Shown here in pieces: positions 38,090 to 53,061 of a stretch of DNA of 64,000 nt. The first letter of the stretch is position 1. The number at the start of each line of letters is the position of its first letter. A model generated the notes under the pieces. That model saw only the letters and a list, made by a program, of their open reading frames with translations. It was not told where the DNA came from and ran no database searches. Origin of the DNA: Eledone cirrhosa (Eukaryota); contig OZ024741.1 of the NCBI GenBank assembly GCA_964016885.1, forward strand, positions 286,316,001-286,380,000, read 5' to 3'. The translations under genes were made by a program, and so were the position numbers.

Positions 38090-39165
38090 ATTTTTTTTTT
38101 ATCTAGGGCGTTTTTTATTTGGCGGGGATCCATTTTTTATTGAGAGGTGTATTTTATATTGTGGGGGGAGGGGGGCGTTTTTATTATTTGGAGGGGGTGT
38201 CCGTTTTTTATTTGGCGGATCCGTTTTTTATTTGGGGCGGGTCCGTTTTGTATTGGGAGGCGTTTTTATTTGGGGAGATCCTATTTTATTGGGCGTTTTT
38301 TATTTTGGGTGGAGTTGGGGATGACGGGTCCGTTTATCATGGGGGGCTCTTTTTATTGGGTGTCCATTGTTTATTTTTGGGGGGGCATCCATTTTTTATT
38401 GGAGGCCGTTTTTTATTCGGGGATGGGGTGTCCATATTTTATTATGGGGGCTCCATTTATTATTTGGGGGTCCATATTTTATGGGGGGTCCGTTTTCTAT
38501 TTAAGAGGATCCATTTTTCATTGAGTGGGAGCCTTTTTAATTGGGGAGGGGCGTTCTTTATTTGGGCGGTCCGTTTTTTATTAGGGGGTCGTTTTTATTG
38601 GGGCCTTTTTATACCCCCAAATAAAAAACGCTCTCACCCATAAAAAGCGGACCACTCCAATAAATAATGAACCTCCAATAAAACTGATCTCCCCCAAATA
38701 AAAAATGGACCCTCCAAATAAAAAATGTATCCCTACCAATAAAAATCGGCCGCATCCCAAATAAAAAACGGGCCCCCCAATAAAGAACAGACCCCGCCCC
38801 AATAAAAATAGGATCCGCCATCTAAAAAGCCCCCCCACCCCCCACCCAATAAAAAATGGATCGCCCCAATGAAAAACAGACCCCCCAAAATAGAAAATGA
38901 CCCTGCCCTAAATTAAAATCGGACCCCCACAATAAAAATGGATCAAGCCAAATAAAAAACGCCCCCCACCTCCAAGAAAAATCTGACAACCCCCCTCAAT
39001 AAAAATGGATCCTTCCCAATAAAAAAGCCCCCTCCCCCCAATAAAAAACGGACCCGCCAATAAAGAACGGACCTCTCCCCAATAAAATATGGATCCCCCA
39101 AATAAAAAACGTCCCCCCAATCAAAAATGGATCACTCCGATGAAAAACAGACCCCCCCCCCCCCA
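38090..39165. repeat. Degenerate ~18-20 bp minisatellite (GGGGGTCCGTTTTTTATT-like) that flips orientation near 38612
   Basis: G/T-rich units on the left, C/A-rich complementary units (cccccaataaaaaacgg) on the right. Confidence 0.9.
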
Positions 39166-39505
39166 CCAACTACACCAGACTCTCTACACGTATCTATGTA
39201 TGTTTCGAATATGACTTTCCATGTTAGCACTAAACCCACCACAGAATCCTTATAAGAACACTTACTCACCACCACCACAAGCATACTCTGTACTTACATG
39301 CTCTCACTTATCCTTATTTATTTCTTTATATTTTCCATTTTCTTACTTTTTTAATGTATTTTTTCTTATCTTTTACTTTTTACGTTTTACATATGCAACT
39401 TCTCTACCTATTTATCATATATATTTTATTATTGATGTTATTGTTTTGATTATACGCTGTTCCTCGTTATATATCTTGCCTCGAGTGAATTATTTTTATA
39501 TTTTT

Positions 39506-39613
39506 GTACTCTGATGAGTTGATAAGAGGTAAATGTACTGGAGATCGAGTGACGCAACTTCAAGCGATTAGCGACCTCTAGACTCACCTGATCAATGAAA
39601 CAATTGTCAATAC
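39506..39613 (+). ncRNA. Type I hammerhead with ~80-nt stem II
   Basis: gtact-CTGATGA-gttgat...atcaat-GAAA-caattg-TC-aatac; GUC site, one stem I mismatch. Confidence 0.72.
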
Positions 39614-39828
39614 CTGAAATAAAGCCCCTTGTTGTACAGCCATCCATGCTACTCTTCATTCTTTCACTATTATTACTCCAAGTATAACCTGCATAGGAAT
39701 TACCGCGAACTAGCTGCCTAACTATGGATACATCTTGTTGAGTTAAACAAAACCATACGTTAAAACTATCCACGACGCAGAGTACTCACAACCTCTTACT
39801 GGATTACCTATAACGATAACTTGTTACC

Positions 39829-39907
<79 letters not shown>

Positions 39908-41988
39908 CAATATATTAATAAAAGGAAACTATATTTATAAAACCATAATTATTTTAGTGTATATATTTCAAGAAACCAAGGCAGTTTTGGTGCGCTTTCA
40001 TCAGATAAAATACAAAATTTGTTTTATAAATGTTGACATACCCGTAGAAAAACAACCTTGGCGGTAGAAGGTTCGCTGGATAGTGGAGAAAAATGTTTAT
40101 TGAGTGTAATTCAAAGTTCTGTGTGAGTATGCAAATGAATGTCCGAACAAATTGAAAAACAACCGTTTATTTAAATTATACTGTTGGAAGAAGAGAGAGA
40201 AAAAAAGAGATAGAAAAGGAGAAAGAAGAGAGAAAAAGAAAGAGAGAAAAAAAGAAAATATTATTATATGCAGAGTTATAGTGAAAAAGTGAAGGAAGAA
40301 AGTGCGAAGAAATAAGCTTATCTGAGGATGAGTACGTATATCGTAAATACATCATGTTTTTATGCTATATTTATATTAAAAATAAAGATATGTTAAAAAA
40401 TAAAGATATATTAAAATAAAATATATTAAAGCATATTAATAAGAATATATGGGTATGTCATGTTATAGATGATAAATTATTTAAATGTATAATGTTTTAC
40501 ATTGGAAAAATATTGAAAATCCAGTTTTGTTTATTTATTAGTTATTATGAGATAAGTTTGACAAAAATATGTTTAAAAGATATATTTAGCCAGAGTTTGT
40601 TACTGGTTGTAAGTCAAATATTAAATACTTAGAAAAATTACAAAGATTACGAAAAATTACGAAAGTTTACAAAAGATTAAATAATTAATTAAAAGTATAT
40701 ACTAAAACCATTTAAAATTTCAGACTATAAAAATTAAGACTATAAAACTATAAAAACTATAAAAAGTTTTAAGAGATTTTTTTTAAATCTCAAAAAGACT
40801 CCGAAGATACACAAAAATCTTTTAAAATGTTTAAAAACATTTTAAAATATTCATAAATTATAATTAAAACCTAAAATTATTCAAAAATATAAAGAAGTAT
40901 TAAGAAATATTTGAAATTACTTAAATATTTTAAATATTAAAAATATTTTAAAATGTTTAAAATATTGGAAAATATAAAATTCAAAAAATATTAAAATATT
41001 AGTTGACCCAAAAAGAATAATGTTTTATAATTTTTCAAATTTTTTTTAATTTTTTTAATTTTTAAAAAATTTGTTTAAATGTTTAAAAGTTTTAAGTAAT
41101 CATTCCAATAAGATTATGAGATATTTTGGAAGTAAGATAAATAAAGGTAAAAATAAAGATATTTATGAAGTAAAAATATTAAAAAGTAAAGGTTAGAGAT
41201 TTGAGAAGTAAATTATATATATTTACGGAGTAAAAGATATTAAAATTAGAATTACAGTAAATTTCTGAACATATATGGATATAATTTAAGAGATTAGATT
41301 ATAGGTGTTTGGATAGAGTAAACATTATGTAAGGAAGATTAAACGTGTAATTACATTTTATATATATATCTAAAAGTTGAATTTAAACGATGTTTACAAG
41401 AACTACATAAATTATTATGCAAATTAATGGAGTTCTGACATTTAAGTATAAAGAAAATTTCTTCAACACATAAATTGCAAAATTTGGATAAAGCTGTGTT
41501 TCGGTAAGCAGGTGTTTTTCACTATAACTCTGCATATAATAATATTTCCTTTTTTTCTCTCTTTCTTTTTCTCTCTTCTTTCTCTTTTTCTATCTCTTTT
41601 TTTCTCTCTCTTCTTCCAACAGTATAATTTAAATAAACGGTTGTTTTTCAATTTTTTCGGACATTCATTTGCATACTCACACAGAACTTTGAATTACCCT
41701 CAATAAAATGTTTTCCACTATCCAGCGAACCTTCTACCGTCAAGGTTGTTTTTCTACGGGTATGTCAACATTTATAAAACAAATTTTGTATTTTATCTGA
41801 TGAAAGCACACCAAAACTGCCTTGGTTGCCCTTTAAATATATATAATAAAATAATTATGGTTTAATAAATATAGTTTCCATATATTAATATATTGAATAT
41901 TTACTCCGGTAAACTGTTGAGTGCTTTATATCAGTTATAAAACTTTTAAACTTGTTGAATCCCAACAAATTAAATATAACTTCTGCAT
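39908..41988 (+). mobile_element. pLTR family F insertion: inverted arms 39908-40288 / 41515-41895, AT-rich spacer, tail 41896-41988
   Basis: Arms are reverse complements. Each has a partly mutated HHR (39950-40012 minus; 41789-41853 plus). Homologous to 59866-60308. Confidence 0.8.
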
Positions 41989-42000
41989 ATATATATATAT

Positions 42001-42060
42001 AGGAAAAGAGTCAAGACCCCGACGGCTGAGCTCCGGCTGTTTCGACAGCTAGATCTGATA
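42001..42060 (-). mobile_element. Fragment of pLTR family E (half HHR)
   Basis: Matches 44014-44066. Confidence 0.7.
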
Positions 42061-42392
42061 ATGTATATATATGTACGTATATATATGTCTCTCTGTGTGT
42101 GTATATATGTGTGTGTGTGTGTGTGTGTGTATACATATATACGTATATATATATATGCATTTATACATATATATATAGAGAGAGATAAGGATATAAATAT
42201 GTGTGTGTGTGCGTTTTTTGCATGTGTGTTGTATTTGTATATATGTGTATAAATCTGTTTTTGTATGTATACATTCCTATATCAAATATAATATATACAG
42301 ACACAAATAAACAGTGCATGTGTTTATGTTTATATATAACCTCTTTGACTATCGTTTTGTTTCCTTACTCGTTTATGTATCTCTCTCTCGAT

Positions 42393-42429
<37 letters not shown>

Positions 42430-43264
42430 TCTCTCTCTTTCCCGTTCTTTTTCTCTCTCTCACTCTCTCTTTCCCGTTCTTTTTCTCTCACTCTGCCTTT
42501 TTTCATGCCCCCTTTTGTGCGTGAGTTCTGTGTTGCATATTTGAGCTTCTGCGGTTACGTATGAGTGTGTGGCTGTGTACGAGTTTATCCTTCTGCATGA
42601 GTCTCTGTGCTTGTATATATTTCTGTTTGTATGCGTGTGTGTGTCTATGTATGAATGTATGTTTGTGTGTGAGAGTATACCTATGTGTGTGCGTCCGTAC
42701 TGTATGATTTTTATGTCTGTACAATATTCTGATGCTAAAATCCTATATCTATAAGCGAGTTGTGAAGTCACGATTTATCTATACTACCCGACATTTTTTT
42801 TTCTTACAATATCACCAATTTTCTGTTAATATTCCATAAATCATTGCACTGAAGTCCATTTGATAACATAAAAAACACAATTGATTCTATAATGCAATAC
42901 ACCTTCTTCCATTTTATGCAAATTTCGGGATAATATTTGTATGCATGACTTTGTGTTTGAATATGATTATTTGTATAAGTGTGTGTTCCTGTGTTTGTGT
43001 GTCGTTATTTGTGCTTCTGAGCATGCATTTGTGTATGTATGTGTGTGAGCGCACAAGTATGCGTGTGTTTGTACATATTCATATATGCATATATATATAT
43101 ATATATATATATGCGTGTGTCTATATGTCTGTGTGTGTGTGCGTGTTTGTGCGTCTGTCTGTGTGTGTGTGTGTGTGTGTTTGTGTGTCTATGTAAGTGT
43201 ATTAGTATGCGTTGTATTTGTAACAAGCGCATCCCCATACAATTTTCACAAAAACCCTTGCAGC

Positions 43265-43560
43265 TGTTCAGTCAACACAGGAATGCTCTGAATGGTTAGG
43301 AAGTTCACTTTGAAATCACGAGGTCACACGAGTTCCAAGCCACAGTGCGGTCCATTCAGTTATATAGCTTCGAGTAAACTCAAACCTTTTGATCGAAAAT
43401 GAAGAGTTTTGACTGAGACTATGCGGAAGCCTATCGGAAGAACTGTGGTCGATTCTTCATTATACTTGACAATGAATATTCAAATGACTTTCTACACGTG
43501 CAATTAACATATAAACGGCTGCGTATTCCATAGATAGGTTATATGGTTAATACAAAACTC
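43265..43560 (+). mobile_element. Old tRNA-headed SINE remnant
   Basis: A/B-box-like tggttaggaag..gagttccaagcc; weak similarity to 56905-57112. Confidence 0.4.
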
Positions 43561-43639
43561 AGGTGTAGTCGATGTAACACAAAGTGATAAGGCCCGACCA
43601 TTACATTACAGGTACAATATAGGTGTAAAGATGTGTAAA

Positions 43640-43790
43640 ATTAGTAGAGTCGTTAGAATATCGGACAAAATGGTAGGGTATTTGTTCCGACTCAGTGCAT
43701 TCTCTGAGTTGAAAGACTGCGATACCGACCTGACCCTTCATCCTTCCAAGCTAGATAAAAACCAATTCAATACTTGAGTCGATTTTTTCC
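43640..43790 (+). mobile_element. Degenerate OK-like SINE
   Basis: agagtcgttagaatatcggacaaaatg..ctgagttgaaa..ccttcatcctt. Confidence 0.55.
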
Positions 43791-43949
43791 TCTATATATT
43801 TTTCTCCTTTTCTTTTTATCACACTCTCTCGCTTTCTCTATATTTCTTTCTCACTAACTCTCTATCACTCAATTTCTCTCTCTCTATATATATATATATA
43901 TTAGAAAATGGAAGTAAGGTTCTATACAAAACAGTGGATATATAACAGT

Positions 43950-44011
<62 letters not shown>

Positions 44012-44016
<5 letters not shown>

Positions 44017-44204
44017 AACCAGTAAGACCCCGACGGCTGAGCTCAAGCCGTTTCGACGGCTAATTCTGGACGGAATTAGCCGTCGAAACGGCTTGAGCTC
44101 AGCCGTCGGGGTCTTACTGGTTCCTATTACCCACTCTACTACCCCAAGTATTGAGTACTTTGGTGCGTTATGGTCCACCTGGTTCCTTACCACATTTCCT
44201 TTCG

Positions 44205-44206
<2 letters not shown>
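44012..44206 (+). mobile_element. pLTR family E: near-perfect palindrome 44012-44127 plus ~80-nt tail; contains 3' half of an HHR
   Basis: GAAA-cggct(tgagctc)agccg-TC at 44085-44107; (TA)n on both sides. Confidence 0.85.
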
Positions 44207-44236
<30 letters not shown>

Positions 44237-44246
44237 ATATAACAGT

Positions 44247-44316
<70 letters not shown>

Positions 44317-45189
44317 GAAAAAATGAAATTTCATTTCTCACTCTTAGTACGGCTGATATATATATCGTTCTTGGAAAAAATTGATTATCACTACTACCAA
44401 CACTACTACCTCAACCACAACTACTACCACCACCCACGACTATCAACATAACCACAACCACAACCACACTCCTATTCTTCACGAAAAATAAAACCTGTTC
44501 CAAGCAATAACACTTATTTGAGTGGTTATCAAAACGAAATGGTATCCAATCGAATAAACGGTCGGTCGTAATGTTGCTTGATTCTATGGTATCGCCATAG
44601 AATAAAGACATCTTACGTTGTATTCTATAATTCAAAGACATGTGACGAACAGTTTTCTTTACTTTCACCATTGTCGCAATCATAGATGAGAAGATATTCA
44701 GCATAAGATTCTTTGCAAAGATGAAGTAGGAAAGATCTTTCTGCAATAAAGTTCAAGTTTCGGTATCTATATATACTGATTTTAGTAAAACTAACCCGTT
44801 TGATCATATCTACTCTGCTCTATAACTAAAGTTATAGCATATATACCTATCTACGTCTGTGTTTGTGGAGTATGTGCGTCTGTGTCTATGAGTATGTATG
44901 TCTGTGTCTATGAGTATGTACGTCTGTGTGTGTTTGTGTGTATGTATGTGTGTGCGTATGTGCATGCAATGTACGTCAGTGTGTATGTGTGTGTGTGTAC
45001 ATGTGTGTGTTTGTGTGTACGTATGTGTGTGCATGTAATGTACGTCAGTGTATGTGTGTGTGCACGTTTGTGTATATATATACTTATGTTTGAATGTGTA
45101 CATAGATATGTGATAGCATGTCTGTGTGCCTCTGTGTGAAGGAGTGGTGACAGATATAGTCGAATTTGTTAAGAAGTTCAATCTAGTGA

Positions 45190-45310
45190 TGCGCTTGATC
45201 GAACTGCAGAAACTATGATTATGATGGACTTGTTCGAACTGCTTCATATGTAGGGGAACTTGATCTAATTGCGTGATCTGATGAGGGACTTGATCGAACT
45301 TCATGACATA
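45190..45310. repeat. Degenerate ~30-bp tandem repeat (about 4 units)
   Basis: Recurrent acttgatcgaact core. Confidence 0.6.
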
Positions 45311-46011
45311 AATCAAATAAAGAAATGTTGAGTGCCGTAGAGAATTTCTTTTCTGATTCAGTCTAGAGTTCAGGCTCTGCCCATTCCTATTGAATGCGAA
45401 ACTTTTCAGGAGTATTTAGAACTATATGATCCAACGGTCTAATCATTCCATCTGCTTTCTTAAGATGATATTGGAAATGTTATTAGTATTTCTAGAATGA
45501 TGAGTAACCACGTATAAGCCCCTTACGCTCATTTAAAAACCTATAGCGTTATCTCCATTTAGGAAATTGCTTTAGAAATCCAAATAATTTGCTATTTGAT
45601 AAATTATGCAATATATTATAATATGGTATAATAACCGAATGTATATGATATAAAGTTACACCTAAGATTCGACTAAAATTTGTTTTAGTAACTGTTTATT
45701 GTGTGTTTAAATAGATATATAATTACTCTATTATTAATCTCTATTAGTTACGGATTAATTTCCATACGACCATATTATGATCTATTACATTGAAAGTTAT
45801 GCATAATATCGACTTATAATAACCGTAAATGTTATATGATACAATATCTAATGGCATTATTGCAACTACTACAGGAACCTTGACAGGAGATTTATATATA
45901 GACTACATAATAGGCGATATAAAATAGCACATTATCTGTCCAAATAACACAGGGGAATATAGTGGGTAATAGTATGTGATAAACTATTTATTTTTATTTC
46001 GTAGAACATCG

Positions 46012-47176
46012 ATTTATAACATCGTGGCTTTGAGAAAACTGCCAGATTGGTGATTGGTGCTAATAGGACCACCAAACAACACTGTAATATAGCTAGACAC
46101 CACAAAAACAGTCGTAACGCATCGTACGTCGCACGGGTTAACAGGGGATGTGTTCGGGTCTTAGGTAGAGGGGCGTATTTGTAAACTATATTGCAAACAT
46201 GCGACGGCCTGCGACATGTCCTGGGAGGCGTGGCATAGACGCACACAGATTGAGCATCCCGAGACCATAAAGGGGGGTTCTGAAGGGAGTAAACCTTAAC
46301 AATTGTATCCTGGAATATCACACCCGTTAAAGGCAGGGAACAGGAACTAATAGAGGAGGCTATGTGCTACTGGCTAGATATAATTGGGGTTTCTTCAATA
46401 AAGTTCCGTGGATCTGGTACTGAAGATTTGGATGGAGGATGGAAACTCCACTATTCAGGAGTGGTGCCAGAAATGACTGCACAAATGGAAATAGGGATAT
46501 TCACAAGTCCCCGGCTGTCAAAGTATGTTATGGACTGGATCCCATTAGGAGGGAGGATTTGCCTGTTGAAGTTTAGGCTGAGAAGCTAGGTCTCTGTGGG
46601 TGGTGCAAGTTATGCGCCAAACAAAGAGTCTGAATAAAGATCCTTCCTTGGTGAAGTCATTGCAGTGTTAGATGTAGTAAAGACTGAGTCATATATCCCA
46701 GTGGGAGACTCCAATGCACATGTTGTCACTGACCACCGGACAAGGAAAGGAGTGATTGGAAGGAATAGCGATCCCGATCTAATTACGAACGAAGAGGCCT
46801 TAATAGACTTCTGTACTAGCAATGTACTCTCTTTGATGACCACCTACTTCCAGCACAAACACATCCATAAATATACATGATATAAGGGGAATCAGGGATA
46901 GAGATCAATAAGTGATATTGTTATTGTCTCTGATCTCTTCGATTCTGTGCTGGATGTTCTTGTTAAAACAGGGGCTGAGCTGACAACTGATCTCCATCTA
47001 GTTATCTGCAACTTGAGGCTACCTAAAGCCAAGGAAGCTCATACAACAAGCATATCCAGGTCGAACAGGATACGGTGGGAAGCTCTGGCGAATAAGGAAG
47101 TCAAGAGAAGGTATGCAAATACTATTGTATCCAAAGACAGAGAACTGCTGAGCAAACTTAAGTCGTTGAAAGGGAG

Positions 47177-47178
<2 letters not shown>
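46012..47178 (+). mobile_element. Decayed RTE/RTEX-like LINE 5' part (APE domain)
   Basis: VSWNIT, LDIIGVSS, GDSNAHV, TTYFQHKHIHKYT, TDLHLV; many stops. Confidence 0.8.
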
Positions 47179-47209
<31 letters not shown>

Positions 47210-47269
47210 TAGTACCGATTAAAGTTTAAGCAAAGAATTGCTATTACAGGAAATATATATATCAAAAGT

Positions 47270-48320
<1,051 letters not shown>

Positions 48321-48954
48321 TCTTTGTACAGATTCTAGATTCCTGAAATTTCAAAGCATGTTTTATTTAAATCCACAGCCTGAAGAGCTATAGACGTCGT
48401 TGGATACTTTTCCCTTTATAATCATAGATCAGGATTAATGTAGCCTCTCTTACATCATAGCATTTAAGCAAGCAATGCTCTCGATCTGTCACATATTCGA
48501 ATGAATGAAATGCCTAGATTATTGATAATCGGACTAGCTAATGCGCTTTTCTTTGACCAACTAAAATCAACCAACCGAATGCCTTGTAAAGAAAGCCTCA
48601 TTCAGAATATATAATCTGCCTGATTACGCATATGATCAGCTAGATATGGAAAAATCTGAATAACAATGGAGAGAATCACTTACTGAATCTCAATAAGTAT
48701 AACCTCTTCACCGTGTATTCAGTGCTCTCTTTTACAAACACGCACACATACACATACACATACACATACATACACACACACTCACACACATACACACACA
48801 CACACATAATTGTCATATAACATAAATGTATGCTCCTCATAAAAGACATGTAGGTTGTGATTCAGTATACAAGTATCTAGCCATGAGTATAAATATACGT
48901 TTCTGCATGTGTATATATTTGTACGTCTCTCTCTCTCTCTCTCTCCCTCTCCCT

Positions 48955-48998
<44 letters not shown>

Positions 48999-49087
48999 GT
49001 ACATATATATACATATATATATAAATATAAATTTGCGAGAATCGTATTTCGGCTATTGGAAATTAGCGAAAAACAACTTCCGAGATG

Positions 49088-49171
<84 letters not shown>

Positions 49172-49173
<2 letters not shown>

Positions 49174-49324
49174 TGCAAAAGTTCTATTTAAATTGTTGGG
49201 ATACAACAAGCAAATATTTTTATAACTGATATAAAGCACTCGACATATATATAAATATGTATAATAAAATATGTATAGTAAAATAGATATGGTTTTATAA
49301 ATATAGTTTCCATTTGTTAATATC

Positions 49325-49328
<4 letters not shown>
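49172..49328 (-). mobile_element. Short, deleted pLTR family F copy (tail plus inverted arm end)
   Basis: 49172-49240 is the reverse complement of the 60245-60308 tail; 49270-49328 matches 60172-60232. Confidence 0.75.
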
Positions 49329-49389
<61 letters not shown>

Positions 49390-49461
49390 ATAATTGCACA
49401 ACATACATATATGTGTGCGTGCGTGTACGTGTATAGATATGTATACCTCTGTCTCATGCGT

Positions 49462-49512
<51 letters not shown>

Positions 49513-49679
49513 TTATGTATGTATGTATGTACAGATATATATATATATATATAGATATGCAGAGGGAGGGAGAGAGATAGAACGCTTGAGACAGTGGTAC
49601 ACATATCTATACGCACACATATATTTATGTTGTGCAAATATTGTATATATATATATATGCATATATGTATATATGCATT

Positions 49680-49734
<55 letters not shown>

Positions 49735-49895
49735 ATATATATATACAATATACAATATATACAATATATATACAATATATATATATATATATACAATATT
49801 CGCACAACATAAATATATGTGTGCGTATAGATATGTGTACCACTGTCTCAAGCGTTCTATCTCTCTCTCTTCCTCTGCATATCTATATATATATG

Positions 49896-50712
<817 letters not shown>

Positions 50713-50732
50713 TATATATATACATATATATA

Positions 50733-52541
50733 AGTTCAACGAGAAGATCTACACCCAAAATGAGGGACCAGCCATTGGCGTCAGCATAGCTGGCGGTGTT
50801 GCCAACCTTTTTATGGTATGGTGGTAAAGGAGACTTAAAGATCTCCTTAATGAGAGCTTCATAGACCTCATCATGTACTCTCGTTACGTAGACGATATCA
50901 ATATAGTTATAAGAGCATCCCCACTAGACAGCACTAACAAGTTTGATTTAGAACGTAGCACAATGGAAAGCATCCAGCAGATAGCTAATTCCATACACCA
51001 GAGTATAACTGTAACTATCGACTACCCTTCCAAACACCCTAACAATAGACTACCTGTATTAGACACGGAACTCTGGATTAACACTATAGACGAGAGAGCC
51101 CAAATTCTCCACTCACACTATACTAAACCCATGTCCTCCAAATACCTGATACTCAAAAACTCAGCAATGTCCAGTAGTGCTAAGTTTAATATTCTGATCG
51201 CAGATTTGGTACGAGTGATGAAGAATGTGTCCCGCATGTGCGACCCAACAGAAATGGAAAGACACATCCAACACTTCATCAACCGCATGCAGTTCTCTGG
51301 CTACAACCAAAGAGATAGAGTCAGAGTATACGAAGGAGCCATGGAGAAGTATAAGACCCTCATAGAACTGGACATGAAAGGAATTTGCCCATTATACAGG
51401 AGCAAATCATGGAATAGCTTAGATAGGGTTAGTCATAATATAGGGAAAGCTACCTCATGGTACCTCAACCAGAAATACCAGAGTGTCATGTTTGTGGACG
51501 CTACCCCTGGAGGGAAATTAGCTAACCAGTGTAGAAAGGCCCTGAGAAAGACCCACTTAAAGATTAAGGTGGTAGAAAAGCCAGGAACCACCATAAAATC
51601 CCTGATCAGCAAAACCTACCCTTTTAAGAAAACCCACTGTACTAATAGGAAATGTATCATATGTAAGGTAAACCCCCGGATAAACTGTAAAACTAGAAAC
51701 GTAGTCTATAGCATAAGATGTACAGAGGGTACTTGCAGAAACATGACAACAACATACATAGGCGAGACAGCTCGTAGCATAGGTGAAAGGATAGACCAAC
51801 ACTGGGGGGAACTAAAAGGACGAAAAAACGGTTCAGTACTATACGAACATACCAGACAACAACACGACGGTAACATAGACAACATAGAAATTAGAATAAT
51901 ATCTAAACATAGAAATGACCCAGCAGATAGGCAAATCAGAGAAGCCAGTGAAATAGAACCTAGAAGGCCAAGACTAAACAGAAAGAATGAATGGAATAAC
52001 AACAACACCCAAACAAACAACACTGACCTAAGAGAAGTATAATTAAATAAATAGATAAATAAATAAATAAATACATACACAAGCATAATAACAACAAACA
52101 CATATAAACACACACTAGTAAAGATAAATACATTAACCAATACACAGTCACCCAATCACGAACACACATCAAACAAAACACTATACACACACGCAAACGC
52201 ATGCGCAAAGAAGACAAAATAAAATAAATAAATAAATATATAAACAGACTAAATAAAGATGGCGTAGAAAATACAATGCAACGGGAGGAAACAATAGCAC
52301 CACTGACGATGTTGCATATGTGCAACGAAAGAACTTTGATAAACTATATATATGTGTTTGTGTCTATATTGTATCTGTATTATTTTTGACCGTTGGTCAG
52401 TCAATGGCAACATTGAGGACCGAATAAATTAGAATACCGATATAAAAGACACAGAAGCGAAAAGCGAAAACCAACCAAACAGTGAGTGTGTTCTGTTATT
52501 AATTCTGGCAATATTACACAAATATGACTCTCCCCAAGTAT

Positions 52542-52546
<5 letters not shown>
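50733..52546 (+). mobile_element. 5'-truncated Penelope-like element (Nematis/Neptune-like) in (TA)n
   Basis: GPAIG motif upstream; ORF 50873-52042 with YVDD, PVLD, Cys linker CTNRKCIIC, VVYSIRC..YIGETAR (GIY-YIG). Confidence 0.92.
52298..52340 (+). ncRNA. Hammerhead in the PLE pLTR, stem I partly eroded
   Basis: cacca-CTGACGA-t-gttgca(tatg)tgcaac-GAAA-gaac-TT-tga. Confidence 0.6.
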
Positions 52547-52590
<44 letters not shown>

Positions 52591-52597
<7 letters not shown>

Positions 52598-52994
52598 AAA
52601 GGATAACAAGGACGATTGGTTACTCCTTCATTACATTTATTGGTTGGTGACGCGCGTTTTGCCACTGATCAGCTCAAGGTTCGATCTGTATCGATCTTAC
52701 CCGACTCTATAATCGGCAGCTCGACGAACCCTTTAAAATGCTACGTCATAGCATTTTAAAGGGTCCGTCGAGCTGCTGATTATAGAGTCGGTATAGATCG
52801 ATACAGATCGAACCTTGAGCTGATCAGTGGCGAAACGCGCGTCACCTACCAATAAATGTAATGAAGGAGTAACCAATCGTCCTTGTTATCCTTTTAATAT
52901 ATTACACTCTGTATAGCTCTACACCTCAACACGGAAGTGAAACTAAACATCGAGTGCTCACTCGGGTGAACCTGCAGTAACTCCAAGTTACACT

Positions 52995-52997
<3 letters not shown>
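52591..52997 (+). mobile_element. pLTR family G: ~310-bp palindrome (52591-52901) plus ~95-nt tail; 3' half HHR
   Basis: Centre aaaatgcta-cgtca-tagcatttt; GAAA-cgcgcg-TC at 52832-52843; (TA)n flanks. Confidence 0.85.

Positions 52998-53061
<64 letters not shown>

Noticed and set aside
38119-39120. Gly/Phe/Trp-rich ORFs and a CRISPR-like periodic look
   Set aside because: Degenerate minisatellite with no constant repeat plus unique spacers and no cas genes; eukaryotic context.
45288-45310. CTGATGA motif
   Set aside because: Part of a 30-bp tandem repeat, with no GAAA/UH or stems.
52818-52846. CTGATCA-gtggc-GAAA as a complete variant hammerhead
   Set aside because: Stem I (gag / acc) does not pair; treated as a 3' half only.
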